A stretch of 64,000 nucleotides of DNA from positions 350,625-414,624 of the forward strand of contig NW_008246083.1 in the NCBI RefSeq assembly GCF_000281045.1, in the 5' to 3' direction. The notes beneath the pieces are model-generated. The model worked only from the letters and a program-made list of their open reading frames with translations, had not been told where the DNA came from and ran no database searches. The translations under genes were made by a program, and so were the position numbers. Of this stretch, positions 10,775-22,178 are shown piece by piece (the stretch's first letter is position 1; every line of letters starts with the position of its first letter). This stretch comes from Saprolegnia diclina VS20 (lineage: Eukaryota).

Positions 10775-13700
10775 TTAAAGCTGGACATGAGGCCATAGAG
10801 GTTTTTCGTCAAGGGTAACAGATTTTGCAGCCGCTGGTGTAGAATCGCGTCGCAAGGTTCATTTTCGTTAGCCAGCTACGGGCCGCGCTGTGCCTCGAGG
10901 TGCACGATGAGCGCACGACAGAGGCTTGCGATCGCCTCGTCCGTGGCGTTGGCCAGACTCGCCGTACATTGTCTACCAAAGAGGCTCGACCAGCTTCGTT
11001 GCACAGAAATGGGGTGTACCGCAGCAGGACAGAGGGCAGTGGCGGCGCTGCGGCGATCGCAGGCGCGGCAGACAGGACCAGCGAGAGCGTCTCGAGGACT
11101 TCCAGCGTCATCTACATCGATAGGTCCATACACGTGGCTCGGGATCCATCCTGTACCTTGTCACTCAAGTCTTGGATCGTGAGGACGTCGACCATGGTGC
11201 GCACGAGGCGAGTGTTGACGTCGCTCGCCTCCACGACGGCGTTGACCATGATCAGCTGGGCAACGATCTAACGCTGATGCAGTCGCAAATCCCAGCACAC
11301 GATAGTGTAGCATACCTCGAGCGATAGACTCACGCCGTCAATGTTGTCGCGGGCACTTTGCGTCGTCCCGGCAAACGCATCCGCGACCGACTGCACGAGC
11401 GCATCGACGACACAACGTGGCAAATCCGGTGCGTTTTGAATCAGGCTACGCCACGCCTTTGGCACTGGATTCGTTGAAAGATTGATACTATACCGGAGCA
11501 AGATGATGCTCAGGTGGATGCGGAATGGCATGCCGATGGCCGTCTCCTTACGACATACGCGCGTGCACGCAGGGTACATGGCGTCTGGTCGGTGCCACGC
11601 ACCGGCGACGACAGCGTCGAGGAAAAAGTAGATCCACGCCAGGTCCCCCTACCCCCAGATTCGACTGTGTGTCCACCAAGGAAATGTTGGTGTACCGTCG
11701 TCACGGCCGTGTGCAACAGGGCCAGCGGAATCTCGGCAAGGCCGCAAAAGATCTGGTCGTGCCGCGCCTCGTCACTCGCCGGGGCCGGCACGGAGAGCGC
11801 AATGCCCAAGTACGCGATCACCGGAGCTCCCCAAGCGGCAAAGGTCGCCATCCGGTGGGCCACGAGGTACGCCAGCGTGTAGATGAGGACGCCGACGGCC
11901 TTGTCCGAGACCACCTGCCGCACCGACGGATGCGGTAAGCGCGCCAGAAGGTCCGGTACGACGTTCGCGGGTGGCAGCTTGGCCACGAGGTCGCTTAGCA
12001 CGCGCAGCACCGTCGACGACGCCGCGTCCTGCCGCATCAAGTGAGACGACGCGAGATAGTACTCGTAGACAGTATTACGTTGCAGAGGCTCTGGACAAGG
12101 TGGGTTTGCAGTAATTGGAGCGAGCGCTCGTCGCAGGTAGCCCACTGCGTAAAGCTCGACGCGCGCAGGCCCAAGTACGGTCGCAGGACGCTTGGAAACG
12201 TCGGGTCGTCATGTGCCACCGTGATGGCGCGTGCGTTGGTCTACGCAGTCGAATATGAAGCGAATGCACACTGAGTCGTCGTTGTCGGACAAGGATCTCG
12301 GTGACAAGGCGACAAAAGATGCGGGGAAACATTGACGGCCACGCGTCATGCACGAGCCGCAGCGCGTGGAGCGAGACGCCGTCCGTGGCATCCGCAAAGA
12401 AGCACGCGACCGCTTGGTCTGTCACCATGCGCCTCGCAGACGGAGGTACGTGGGTTCGCAGCCATCTAGAACGAGCTGGATATCATTTCTCGAGCTTGAG
12501 TTGCTTGAACGTACGGAGGAAGCAAGCTGAGGAGCTTGGTCGTTTGCGCCGCCTTGTCGGCAGGCGACAAGGTCTCGAGACAGCTTTGCTCCTTGGTGAG
12601 GTTCAAAAGCTCTTCGAAAAGCGTGTCGTTGTAGCGCGCAAAGAGGAAAGCGAGCGTCAAGTGCACCAACGGCCCATCCGCTGCGCGCTGTAGCGAAGCG
12701 CCGCAAGCAGCAAACACACTCGGGAGATCGAGGCGCGGCAGCAACCATAGACACTAATACCAACGTCAGTGTTTGCGTCGAAGACATCAAGTACCTCATC
12801 GCGAATGACTTGGGCTGGGTGGTAAAAGTACACTTCAAGAATCGCGACCGAGAGCGGACGGAACCACGTAGGACGCGGAGCACCGGTTTGCTGCACGACG
12901 CAGCGGACCAGTCCCAGGCTTTGCTACAATGCATTCAGATACGTATGTGGCATCTCGCACCGCAGCCCACCTGGAGCGTTGCCAACGACGTCGATGCATC
13001 TCGAATGACGTCAAGCAGCTACACTCGACGTCATACGAGCGTGAAGACCACAGAACATATCACTACCGGCGTCAGCGCGTCGTTGCAGTCAACGAGGCGT
13101 CGCGCCACCAAAGGGCGCACCGCTGGCGATACCAAGCTGTGGCTCACGACCGGCACGAGTAGTGGCGATCGCGCCGCCTCGTCCCAGCCGGGTTGATGCA
13201 AGACACGGTCCACGAGCGCCCAGCTTAGCGCCTTGGGGTTGGGTTCGAGGTACGTCGAGACGGCCTACGTATCCATTCAGAGTCTGCCACACCATCGATG
13301 TGCCGTACTCGCACAAGCTCCAGCGCTGTGGGTAGGAGTAGAGCTGTTTTCTGGCGCCCTAGCACCAAGGCCAGGTTGCGCAGCGCGGTTGCACCCGAGC
13401 GCGCGTTCCTATACAGGAGCTAAGAGATCGTGACGAAGCGGCGTCGTGTACTGGAGATGTGAAAGTCCCCGCAGCACGCTCTCATGGGTCAATGCCGCTA
13501 TCGATTGCAGAAGGAGACCCGAGTGGTGGTACTCGTAGGCAAAGGCGGGGTCCGTCTACCGCAAGGTGAGCGCCTCCGTGATGCTCATGATCACAGACCT
13601 CATAGGACAAAAGATCGGTGATACCAGCCACCCAGAGGCTCCGGGCGGGCTTGTGCGCGTACCACGCGGCGACTCGCCGCAAAAGCGCACATGTCAAAGG

Positions 13701-14627
13701 CTACCAACAGCACCATATACATTGCAGCGATATGTACTGCATCAGAGTTGTTCGTACGCGGAAGTTGCCCGCGTCGAGCGTCCCGAGCGCGAGGACATGT
13801 GCGACGTAGAGGCCGGCGTCGGCCGCCGCCACGCTGAGCTTGGTGGGCGACTGGCTGTTTTCTACGTCAGAACACTCCATACGGTATGGGTAAATCGCAC
13901 AAGGACGCAGACCTTGCACGGTCGTGTAGGTAACGGCGTCCCGGACTGCGGCGTCGAGCAGCGCTTCCCAGCCCGCCTCTGCAGACGCTTCCGTCGCGTT
14001 AGCCAGAAGTAGCGCTTTCGTGCAATCCCGCAGCATCCAGTAGACGCGGAGGAGCACCATTTTGTCGCTCCCCTGGAGCAGGCGATGGACGCAGTGGAGC
14101 ACGCTGGACGCATCCAAGCGGTAGAGCCATGCGAAGAGAAGCTCGACGCGTCGCGGGCGCTCGATCGTCTTGCGCGGCTTGGCGTCGTCGTCTCTCCACT
14201 GCGTCAAAACGATCGAGCACAATGACGCAATGAGGTTCCTACGTGCCATCATGCAGCACACGTCATTCAAAAGGGCGTACCGCGCGCGCTTGGTGTCGCC
14301 CACGTCGGCCGCGACCTGCTCCACATGCGCCTAGTCGCCGAGGATGCGTAAGCCTCGTGGTTGGTACTGTGGCGCGTACGACGATGCTTTCGAGCTGCGC
14401 TTGCGCCGTCTGCTCGGCGAGCGATGGTGGGCGACGGCTCTACGCGGTCGTTAGACAGGCAGGGTAGCGTCCAACGCACCGGCGCAGGCGTGGCACCGTC
14501 ATGCAGCAAGGTGCGCGCTAGCTACGGCAGGAGTGTGAGGTCGATGCAGTAGCTCGACACGCTGTACGAGGTCGACGTCCACGTGGAGCAACGGATGGGC
14601 AATCTGCGGGAGGCTCGTGCCCGCCAT
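10775..14627 (-). CDS. Large multi-exon alpha-helical protein of unknown function
   Basis: Chain of Leu/Val-rich minus-strand ORFs (13701-14324, 12466-12744, 12075-12428, 11510-12145, 10809-11111) linked by short GT-AG introns. No domain recognised; ends approximate. Confidence 0.55.
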
Positions 14628-15009
14628 GTCTCGCATGCTTTCAACTGTACCCCGGGGTCCCGTTTAGGTATACAGCTAGGTATATGCAGTCGATTGTTTT
14701 CCGTACACCGGGGTACAACGTCATGGACTCGAATGCCATGACATTGACAAAACCAGCGGGAGAGCGGCTTGGTTGGCCACGTCCCTCTGGTCGTGTAGCT
14801 AGACTTGACACAGGCAGACCAGATTAACCGGGAGATTTGCGTTCGTTAGTCAATACGCAGAGTACTGCAGCGCGTGCTAGCGTTGCGGCTGTACGCTCGA
14901 GCGTCTCGCGTTGCCGAGGACAGGTAGCGTCTCCAATTTGCAGCAAGTCGATACAGCGTGGCAGGAGCTAGCACACAAGACACACACGAATGAAGATTGT
15001 GGCAGCTTT

Positions 15010-15317
15010 CTATTCGTCAAGCCCGTCAAATTCCAAGAGCACGCGCGAGGTCACGAGTGCCATGTCGTAGAACGACGAGGCAGCGGCGCGGAGCATGCGG
15101 ATCTCGCAGGCCCAAAAGTGGCTAAACCAACGACGGCATGAGCGTTGCCATGAAGACGAGTCAGAGCTACGTACGCAATGAGCTGGTGGCCGTTGGTCGA
15201 GAGCTGCTTGGTGATCTTCTCAGGCGAGATCTCGTCGTCGACATTGAGCGTCTCGTAGGCATACGTGGCAGCCTCCGCCGAGGCAAAGTCCAGGACGATC
15301 TCACTGCGCATGGACAT
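15010..15317 (-). CDS. PCC1: KEOPS complex subunit Pcc1/LAGE3 (2 exons)
   Basis: LDFASAEAATYAYETLNVDDEISPEKITKQLSTNGHQLIA, then an intron, then HFWACEIRMLRAAASSFYDMALV. Confidence 0.85.
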
Positions 15318-15564
15318 GAGAAGGGTGATGCGTCATGGTCATCAAGCCGCCTCGACGGCCAAGCTGCATGCAGAGCTTACCACTCGTACGGGTGGGGCGC
15401 CGCCATCGTATCCAATCCAGTAAATCGCGCGAGGGTAAATGCCTGTCACAGTGTATTACCTTTCAATCTGTATAGTATAGCGTATACGATTTGAGAGTAA
15501 AACGCTAAACTGTTTAGCGCGTGTGTTTAAACCGCAAGCCACGGTTGCGTTAAACGCAGATCCA

Positions 15565-17504
15565 ATGCCACCAAAATCCAAGAAGCGGCGCGTGGCCGCA
15601 GCCGAGGACGCATGGGTCGGCGCTCCCTTGGGCACAATCAACGGCGAAACGTACTACGCCAGCGCGCTGGTCAATACCCAAAGCGGCGACGTCGTGCAAG
15701 TCGACCAGCACATGGTCGTGGTCGTCGCCGGTGGCTCGGAGGCCAGGCCGACGCTGGCGCTGGTCAACCTCTTCTGGGAGGATCCTGCAGGCGCCAAGGG
15801 AATGGAAGTGCGGTACCTCATGTATACACACAAACTTCCGGCTGCGCTCAAGAAGCAGGCCAAGCTCAAGACAACAAACGATCCATTCGCGGTCGTGGAG
15901 ACAACGGACGTGGATGAGCTACCGCTTGCAGACATTGTGCGCCTGGTCGACATGGCCGACTATGCATGCACACAGCTCTACTCGACACTCACGAGCAGCC
16001 TCACGCAGCTGCCGTCTTTGTCCCTCGAGGCCCGGGCGTCGCGCGCCTATGTGTACAGCCACCGCCTCAAGCAGAAGGGTCTGCCTCAGCCGCACGACGT
16101 TCTTCGCGGCCATCGCACCGAGATGACCGCGCTCGACGACACGGAGCAGCAGTTGCAGTCGGCGTGCGACCAACTGCAGCTCTCGAGCATTCCCGAGAAG
16201 CTCATTGGCCGTGAAGACGAGCGTCGCCAGATCTACCGCACGGTCCACTCTGCGATTCAAGACGGGCACGGCGACCCGATCTACATTAGCGGGCTCCCAG
16301 GTCTACCTACGTGTATTTGCAAGGTGACGTTATTTCGGTGCGTAGGGATGGGCAAGACGGCGACGGTGAAGGAGATCATCGGTAGCTTAGAGAAGCTGCG
16401 CGATGCCCAAAAGCTGCCAGACTTTTCCTGGATCGAGGTCAACGGGCTGCACATGCCCAAGCCGGACCTTGCCTACAGCATCATCTGGAAGGCGCTCGAG
16501 AAGCACCAATTTGCGGCCAAGTCGTTCAACCCCAAGAGAGCCCGCGAGTGCCTCCACGCTCTCTTTAGCAAAGCGTCGGCGGGGCGCCCCGCGCTCGTGC
16601 TGCTCTTGGACGAAATGGACTTTATGCTCGCGGGCAAGAACACGGTGCTGTACAACCTCCTCGAGTGGCAGTCTATGGCCACGTCCAAGCTCGTCCTTGT
16701 TGGCATCGCCAACATCATGTACGCATAGCATTCCACACGATGCCGCAAGTGCGTTCTGCGTAGGGACTTGCCAGAGCGCCTCCCGCCCAAGCTGCGAAGC
16801 CGCTTTGGCGCCCACCGCATCGCGTTTCGGTCGTACACGCACACGCAGATCGAAGCGATCGTCACGCAGCGCCTCTCCACGCTCCACGTGTTCGAGCCAG
16901 GTACTGTCGTACCTTTTGATTGGGCTTCGTCGATCGCTTGTAGGCGCCGTGGACCTCGTGGCCAAGACACTGGCCCACCAGTCGGGCGACATCCGCAAGG
17001 CCCTCATGGTGTGCAAGGCGGCGGCCGAAGCCACGCTGCGCCGGTACCAAGAGACCAAGACCCACGGCATCGTGACGGCCAAGGACGTCGAGGGCGCCCA
17101 GCTGAGCATGTCGCAATCGCCGCTGACCATGCGACTCAAGCACTGCAGCGTGATCGAGTGTGTCTTTCTGCTTGCGCTCTACCGCGAGCTCAAGATGCAT
17201 TCGGGTGCATCGTATCCGCTCCGACGCAAAGTGATTCTTATTGTATATCCTAGTGTCGAGTGCCCACTTTGAAGCCGTCACGACGCGTGTCGAGACGCTG
17301 AGCAAGACCGCGGGCTTGCCGCGCATCCCGAGCTACAAGGACCTGCAGCTCGTGTGTGAAGAGCTCTGTCGCTCGGATGTCCTCCGCGTGCTGAAAGGCC
17401 AAGGCACGCTCGCCAACCCGGCGCTGTCGCTCACGTTCTCGCACGAGGAGCTGCAGGACGCATTCGGGAACCACCCGATCGGCCGGGCCATGCTCTGGAC
17501 GTGA
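15565..17504 (+). CDS. ORC1: Origin recognition complex subunit 1 (BAH-like + AAA+ + winged helix)
   Basis: LALVNLFWED (BAH-like), LQLSSIPEKLIGREDE, Walker A ISGLPG|MGKT across intron 16301-16345, WIEVNGL, Walker B LLLDEMD, GIANIMDLPER, SGDIRKAL. Confidence 0.92.
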
Positions 17505-17525
17505 TAAATAAGGAGCGTGCTATCG

Positions 17526-17924
17526 TTAAAAACGCTCGTGGCGCAAGCGCCGAGCAAGGTACAGGTCGCTGGGCATGAGCGTCACGCGCTTGGCATGGGC
17601 GGCGCAGAGGTTGGCGTCTTCAAAGAGGCCGACGAGGTACGCCTCGGCCATCTCCTGGAGCGCGATGAGGGCAGAGCCCTGGAAGCGCAGGTCCTGGCGC
17701 ACGGTCTGCGCGATCTCGCGCACAAGGCGCTGGAACGGGAGTTTTCGGATGAGGAGCTCGGTCGACTTTTGGTACCGGCGGATGTCGCGGAGCGCGACCG
17801 TGCCGGGGCGGTAGCGCTGGGTCTTCTTCTTGATCGTGGCCTCCATGACAGCCTTCTTGGCCGGGACGACCTTACGCGGTGCCTTGCCTTCGTACCGACG
17901 AGCTGTCTGCTTGGTGCGTGCCAT
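17526..17924 (-). CDS. Divergent histone H3 variant
   Basis: MARTKQTAR start and histone fold [37 protein letters not shown]...[16 protein letters not shown]; intronless, 132 aa. Confidence 0.95.
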   Translation of the reverse strand: MARTKQTARRYEGKAPRKVVPAKKAVMEATIKKKTQRYRPGTVALRDIRRYQKSTELLIRKLPFQRLVREIAQTVRQDLRFQGSALIALQEMAEAYLVGLFEDANLCAAHAKRVTLMPSDLYLARRLRHERF

Positions 17925-18752
17925 TGCCTTTTGACTTCACTGGCGTTGCGACCAATGTGTTTTAAACAGTAGAATACAACGATGTATCTCTATATTTGTA
18001 GGAAGATCCCAATAGCGAACATCGGTTTAAAACCATTTCATGGAGCGATGGGCCAAATGAAGGCGCCAATGGCATGCCGCCCCTCTAAAATAGGACCAAT
18101 CACAGCGTTTGGCGGCGATTGCAGTACCCAATGAAATGCGACCTTTCTGGCGCGGGCAAGATCGCCACGGGCTTGGCAGATCTGGCTTTGGCATCAGTGT
18201 CAGATGATGTGTACCAGGTATATCAGGACCGTGGACGAGGATCCGACGAGAGGAAACGGACGAGCGAGCTTGGATTTCAAAATGTTTACTCCGGCGAACA
18301 AAGGGATAAATCCGCATTTAACGTTATCGAAGAGCATATTCAAGCGTGTGACGTGGGTTTCCGATGATCCAGCTCGTCGCAAAGAAGACGGACAACGTGT
18401 CATAGCTTGCACCGTTTTTGTCCATCGATGCAAGCGGCCCGTTCGATAGACATCGCACAACCAGCTTTAACTGGTACGAGTCAACGCTGCTCGTGAGACA
18501 GCTGGCGTTTGGTCGTCCGCGTCCAGAGCGATGTGTTGTGAAACGTCCGGTCCAACGATTCCCAGCCGCACATCTATATATAGCGCCCGATATCAGTTCT
18601 GGTAGCTTAGGCTGGCCTTCGCCGATGATGCGCAATGTCGTCGCGGCGCTTGCTTTCCTACGAGAGTGCTTTTGTGACGGGTACAGTGTCTTGGTGGACG
18701 CAATTTATGGAGTAGAGAATTTAAGGCAAAGAAAGTTGTTGGGACTATGGTT

Positions 18753-19526
18753 TTACGACGACCGGTAGGGTATATAGCCTGGCGCTTGGTCCATTTGAAA
18801 AGGCGGGTACGGGAACGGCGGGTACGAGGACGGCGGTGGCGGCTCGGGCTTGACCATGGGCTGGCTAAATTGCAGCCCGAGCAGTGCGGAGACGTGGCTT
18901 TCGAGTTGCACTTCTTGACGGGGTGCGTACTCACGCGGCGGTGGCACTAATGGCGGGTACATGTACGGCGACGTGCGCGACGACGGCGGGGCTGCGCTCG
19001 GCGGCGGGAAGAGCCGCTGCTCCGAGAGCTGCGGGCGCATCGGCGCCGTGTGCGGCGACGGGAACGCGGCCTTTGGTGTCGCCACCGGCTCCTTCGCCAC
19101 ACTAGGTCTCGCAGCCTTGGGTTTCCTCCGTGGCGACTGCATGGCAATGTGGTTTCCATTGACAACGATGCCTGCTTGGGCGTGGCACTCGTGGACCTCG
19201 CGCTCGAGGCCGTGCGACACCATCTTCCACTGAAGCTCGTCGACAAGTGCCTTGAGGCGCGTGTTCATCGTCTCCATGTCGAAGACGCGCCGCTGCAGCT
19301 GCTCCATGCGGTCCTTGTTGCGGCGGCGCGAGAGCGCGGCGGCCTCGCGGTTCTTGAGCTTGCGGTGGTCGCCACCACTCGAGTGGTCGTCGTCCGCGTC
19401 CTTGGTCTTGCGCCGCTTCGGCTCCGTAGTCTCGTCGTCGTCCGAGGGGCTGCGGGGATGGTCGTCGTCGTCGTAGGCTTCCATGAAGAGAGGCGTCTTG
19501 GAAACTGTATGTGAGTAATAGGCCAA
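18753..19526 (-). CDS. bZIP transcription factor with Pro-rich C-terminus
   Basis: RKLKNREAAALSRRRNKDRMEQLQRRVFDMETMNTRLKALVDEL basic region plus zipper. Start uncertain (possibly MEAYDD at ~19484). Confidence 0.85.
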   Translation of the reverse strand: MAYYSHTVSKTPLFMEAYDDDDHPRSPSDDDETTEPKRRKTKDADDDHSSGGDHRKLKNREAAALSRRRNKDRMEQLQRRVFDMETMNTRLKALVDELQWKMVSHGLEREVHECHAQAGIVVNGNHIAMQSPRRKPKAARPSVAKEPVATPKAAFPSPHTAPMRPQLSEQRLFPPPSAAPPSSRTSPYMYPPLVPPPREYAPRQEVQLESHVSALLGLQFSQPMVKPEPPPPSSYPPFPYPPFQMDQAPGYIPYRSS

Positions 19527-20675
19527 TGCGAGAGGTTATCAGGAAACCTGACGTGTAAAACCCGCGCCAGATGGCGGCCATGTCCAAGACCTTTCTGGAG
19601 GCGCCACCTCCGCGCCCTAATTAGGCCATGCTCAGAAGCCCCTTGTCACCTCTACGGCTACGTCGGCATCGCATCAATTCGGCCACCAGCTTCGACTAGC
19701 GTAGCGTCGCCTCTACGGCCCGTGACGGTCGAAACAGAAGGCGCAACGACGTTGGCTGGGGTCGACCCCACGAAAAAAGCCCTCGTTGTAGGCCAGAACG
19801 CCGAAATGAAATGGCTTCCATTGACGGGAACCCGCGTGTCCCACGCAGCCACCATGTGGTACTCTGCGAAGACGATGGGCTGGCGCCGTGACGCCGCCAG
19901 GACGATCGAGGAAGCGTCGCGACGCAGCCCGCACCGACACGCACTTCTCGTCGGCGGCGTTGGGGCGCACCGTGCCGCTTCGCGCTATCAGGTCAACCTC
20001 GCGTCGCATGGACCGCGCAGGCGATTGCATTTCTACGCGAGCAAAACGGCAAGTGGCTCTGCGACGGGCCACGGCGCGGCCGCACGCAGTCCAAATGGCT
20101 GCGTCGTCGATGTTTTCTGGGTGATGGGGACGGGCGTCGGGCGCTCGCGTCGGACGATCCAAATCCATTGCCGTTTCGTGCATCAGCGATTCGCACCTCT
20201 TCGCGAGAAAGAACGCTGCTTCGATCGCCAGCGAAACGCGCTGGATGCTACGTCACCGACGGTCCGTTTACGGTACCAGGCAAACATGGTCGCGGTCGAC
20301 GTTGCCAAGGGCAAAAGAACGATGCGCTGGGACCGCGGGCACACCTTCTCCTACCCTTCCACCCTCGGGCACACCACGTTTAGTAGTAGTAGTAGTAGTA
20401 CGCCCTATATAGCCCAACGACGAGTTGCGCTGGTCGAGCTCGTCTGACGCACGCACAAAGCCCCGCTGCACCGCCGTGTCGAGGTGTATTACTATGTCGA
20501 AAACCCGGCAGCACGCACGAGTGTCCACGCAGGACTGGACGAAGAAGCATCAGGCATTAAGCCCGCTGCTGCCGTGGTCGTTCTGTGAGGTTGCACTGGA
20601 TCGCGCGTTCGACTGGTGTCAGCTCGTGCAAGAGAATCGTCGCACAGTGGAGTTGGCGCCACATTCGAATTCGCC

Positions 20676-21746
20676 ATGCGTGTGCTGTGGCTTCTTGGCG
20701 TTGCTGGGACGCTCCTGCAAACCGCGTGGGCCAAGCCGACGATTTCTCCAGGCATCACGGGCGGCAACGAGGCGCCCGTGGGCAAGTTCCTCTCCACGGT
20801 CGGGCTCCGCGCCGACGAGACTGGCACGAACCTCTGCGGCGGCATTCTGATTGCGCCCAAGTACGTCTTGACGGCCGCGCACTGCTGCAACGGCGCCATC
20901 AAGGTGGCGTCGATCGGGTCGCACTTTCTCAACGGCGCCCAGGACGGTGAACGCATCGCTGTCGTGCGCGAGACGCGGCACCCCAAGTTCAACCCGGGCA
21001 CCAACAGCTTTGACTTTGGCCTCCTCGAGCTCGCCAAAGAGAGCTCGATCGCGCCGCTGCCCGTGGCGTGGGACGCCGACGCCGACGCGTTCACCAACAT
21101 GACGGTGATTGCGCGCGGATGGGGCACGACGTCCTGGGGCGGCAAGCAGGCGAACGCGCTCCAGCAAGTGACATTGCGCATGTGGTCGCAAGAGTCGTGC
21201 ACCAAGCAGTTTGCGGTCGTCGACAGCTCCATGGCGTGCGCGGGCGGCCTCCAGGGCCAAGACGCTTGCCAAGGCGACTCGGGGGGGCCCCTCACGACCG
21301 TGGATGGAGGGCGCGAGGTGCTTGTCGGCCTTGTGAGCTGGGGCGTCGGCTGCGGCCAAGACGGTGTTCCCGGCGTGTACGCCCGCGTGGCCGAGGCCAA
21401 GGACTTTGTCGCGCTGTTTCTGCGGGCGCCGTCCGACGCGATGGTCGCCTACGTGCGCAAGATCACGGCCAAGTGCACCGTGTTTCGCGTTGCCAATTGC
21501 CCGCTCTGCGACGCGGCAGACGCGACGCTGCGTAGCGCAGGCGCCAAAGCCGTCGACGTTGTCCACATGGACACGAGCGCCGGGCATCCGTCGGGCACGG
21601 ACGTCTACAACGCGATCGTGAGCCTCTCCGGTCTCAACACGGTGCCCAGCGTGTGGATCAAGTCGACCTTTGTCGGCGGCGCGGCTGCCCTCCATGGCCT
21701 CCTCGACGGCGGCAAGCTCCGCGACCTCGTTGCAGCCTGCAGCTAA
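20676..21746 (+). CDS. Secreted trypsin-like S1 serine protease fused to a C-terminal glutaredoxin domain
   Basis: Signal peptide MRVLWLLGVAGTLLQTAWA; ITGG, CGG, TAAHC, DFGLL, DACQGDSGGP, SWG, PGVYARV; then CPLC, TVPSVWI, FVGG, GKLRDL in one uninterrupted ORF. Confidence 0.9.
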   Translation: MRVLWLLGVAGTLLQTAWAKPTISPGITGGNEAPVGKFLSTVGLRADETGTNLCGGILIAPKYVLTAAHCCNGAIKVASIGSHFLNGAQDGERIAVVRETRHPKFNPGTNSFDFGLLELAKESSIAPLPVAWDADADAFTNMTVIARGWGTTSWGGKQANALQQVTLRMWSQESCTKQFAVVDSSMACAGGLQGQDACQGDSGGPLTTVDGGREVLVGLVSWGVGCGQDGVPGVYARVAEAKDFVALFLRAPSDAMVAYVRKITAKCTVFRVANCPLCDAADATLRSAGAKAVDVVHMDTSAGHPSGTDVYNAIVSLSGLNTVPSVWIKSTFVGGAAALHGLLDGGKLRDLVAACS

Positions 21747-22102
21747 GAAGTGCATTTGAATCCAAGATCCAAGTACCAATAAGTGCATTCATGGATTGAC
21801 GAGATTCTCACAGTTCTATAGTATTCTTATAGCGCCAGCATCCTTGACGCTCCAAGCACGACGCGTGCTGTGGTCGAGATGGTGCAGCTTGGCACAGCTC
21901 GTCAGGTTGCCTGCGCATATTATTGTGACCTGGCCCATACGAGGAGTGCAAGGGCCTCTTTGGGCGTCATCACACCAGGCGGATTCCCTGTCGGCTCCCG
22001 TGGTTACCGCTGGTTTCCCCGAGGCTACTGACCAAGACGTATATGGCTAATTCTACTACTGTTGCTTCGATGATAATTGATAACCTTTCTCAAGGGATGG
22101 GT

Positions 22103-22118
22103 GGCTTTTAGAAAAGCC
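22103..22118 (-). other. Histone mRNA 3' stem-loop of H2A copy 1
   Basis: Sense GGCTTT-TCTA-AAAGCC followed by ACCCA: 6-bp stem, 4-nt loop. Confidence 0.85.
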
Positions 22119-22178
22119 AGGTTGTTGTGGAATGCGTGTCCGCGACGTTCATCACGGTCGGCAGGATGCAAGGGACAT

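Noticed and set aside
14646..14717. Mini inverted-repeat element (TGTACCCCGG...CCGGGGTACA)
   Set aside because: Only 10-bp arms, no clear target-site duplication and no second copy in the window.
17526..17924. CenH3 (CENP-A)
   Set aside because: Canonical ARTKQTAR N-terminus, short tail and canonical loop 1 length.
18000..18750. Kinase or transposon remnant between the H3 variant and bZIP genes
   Set aside because: Only short ORFs and a weak YIAPDI resemblance; no supporting motifs.
19722..20447. 241-aa ORF and overlapping antisense ORFs
   Set aside because: No recognisable domain, non-ATG start, includes a (TAG)n microsatellite; probably GC-rich intergenic sequence.
20676..21420. Glucanase inhibitor protein (inactive trypsin homologue)
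   Set aside because: The His, Asp and Ser catalytic motifs are all intact.
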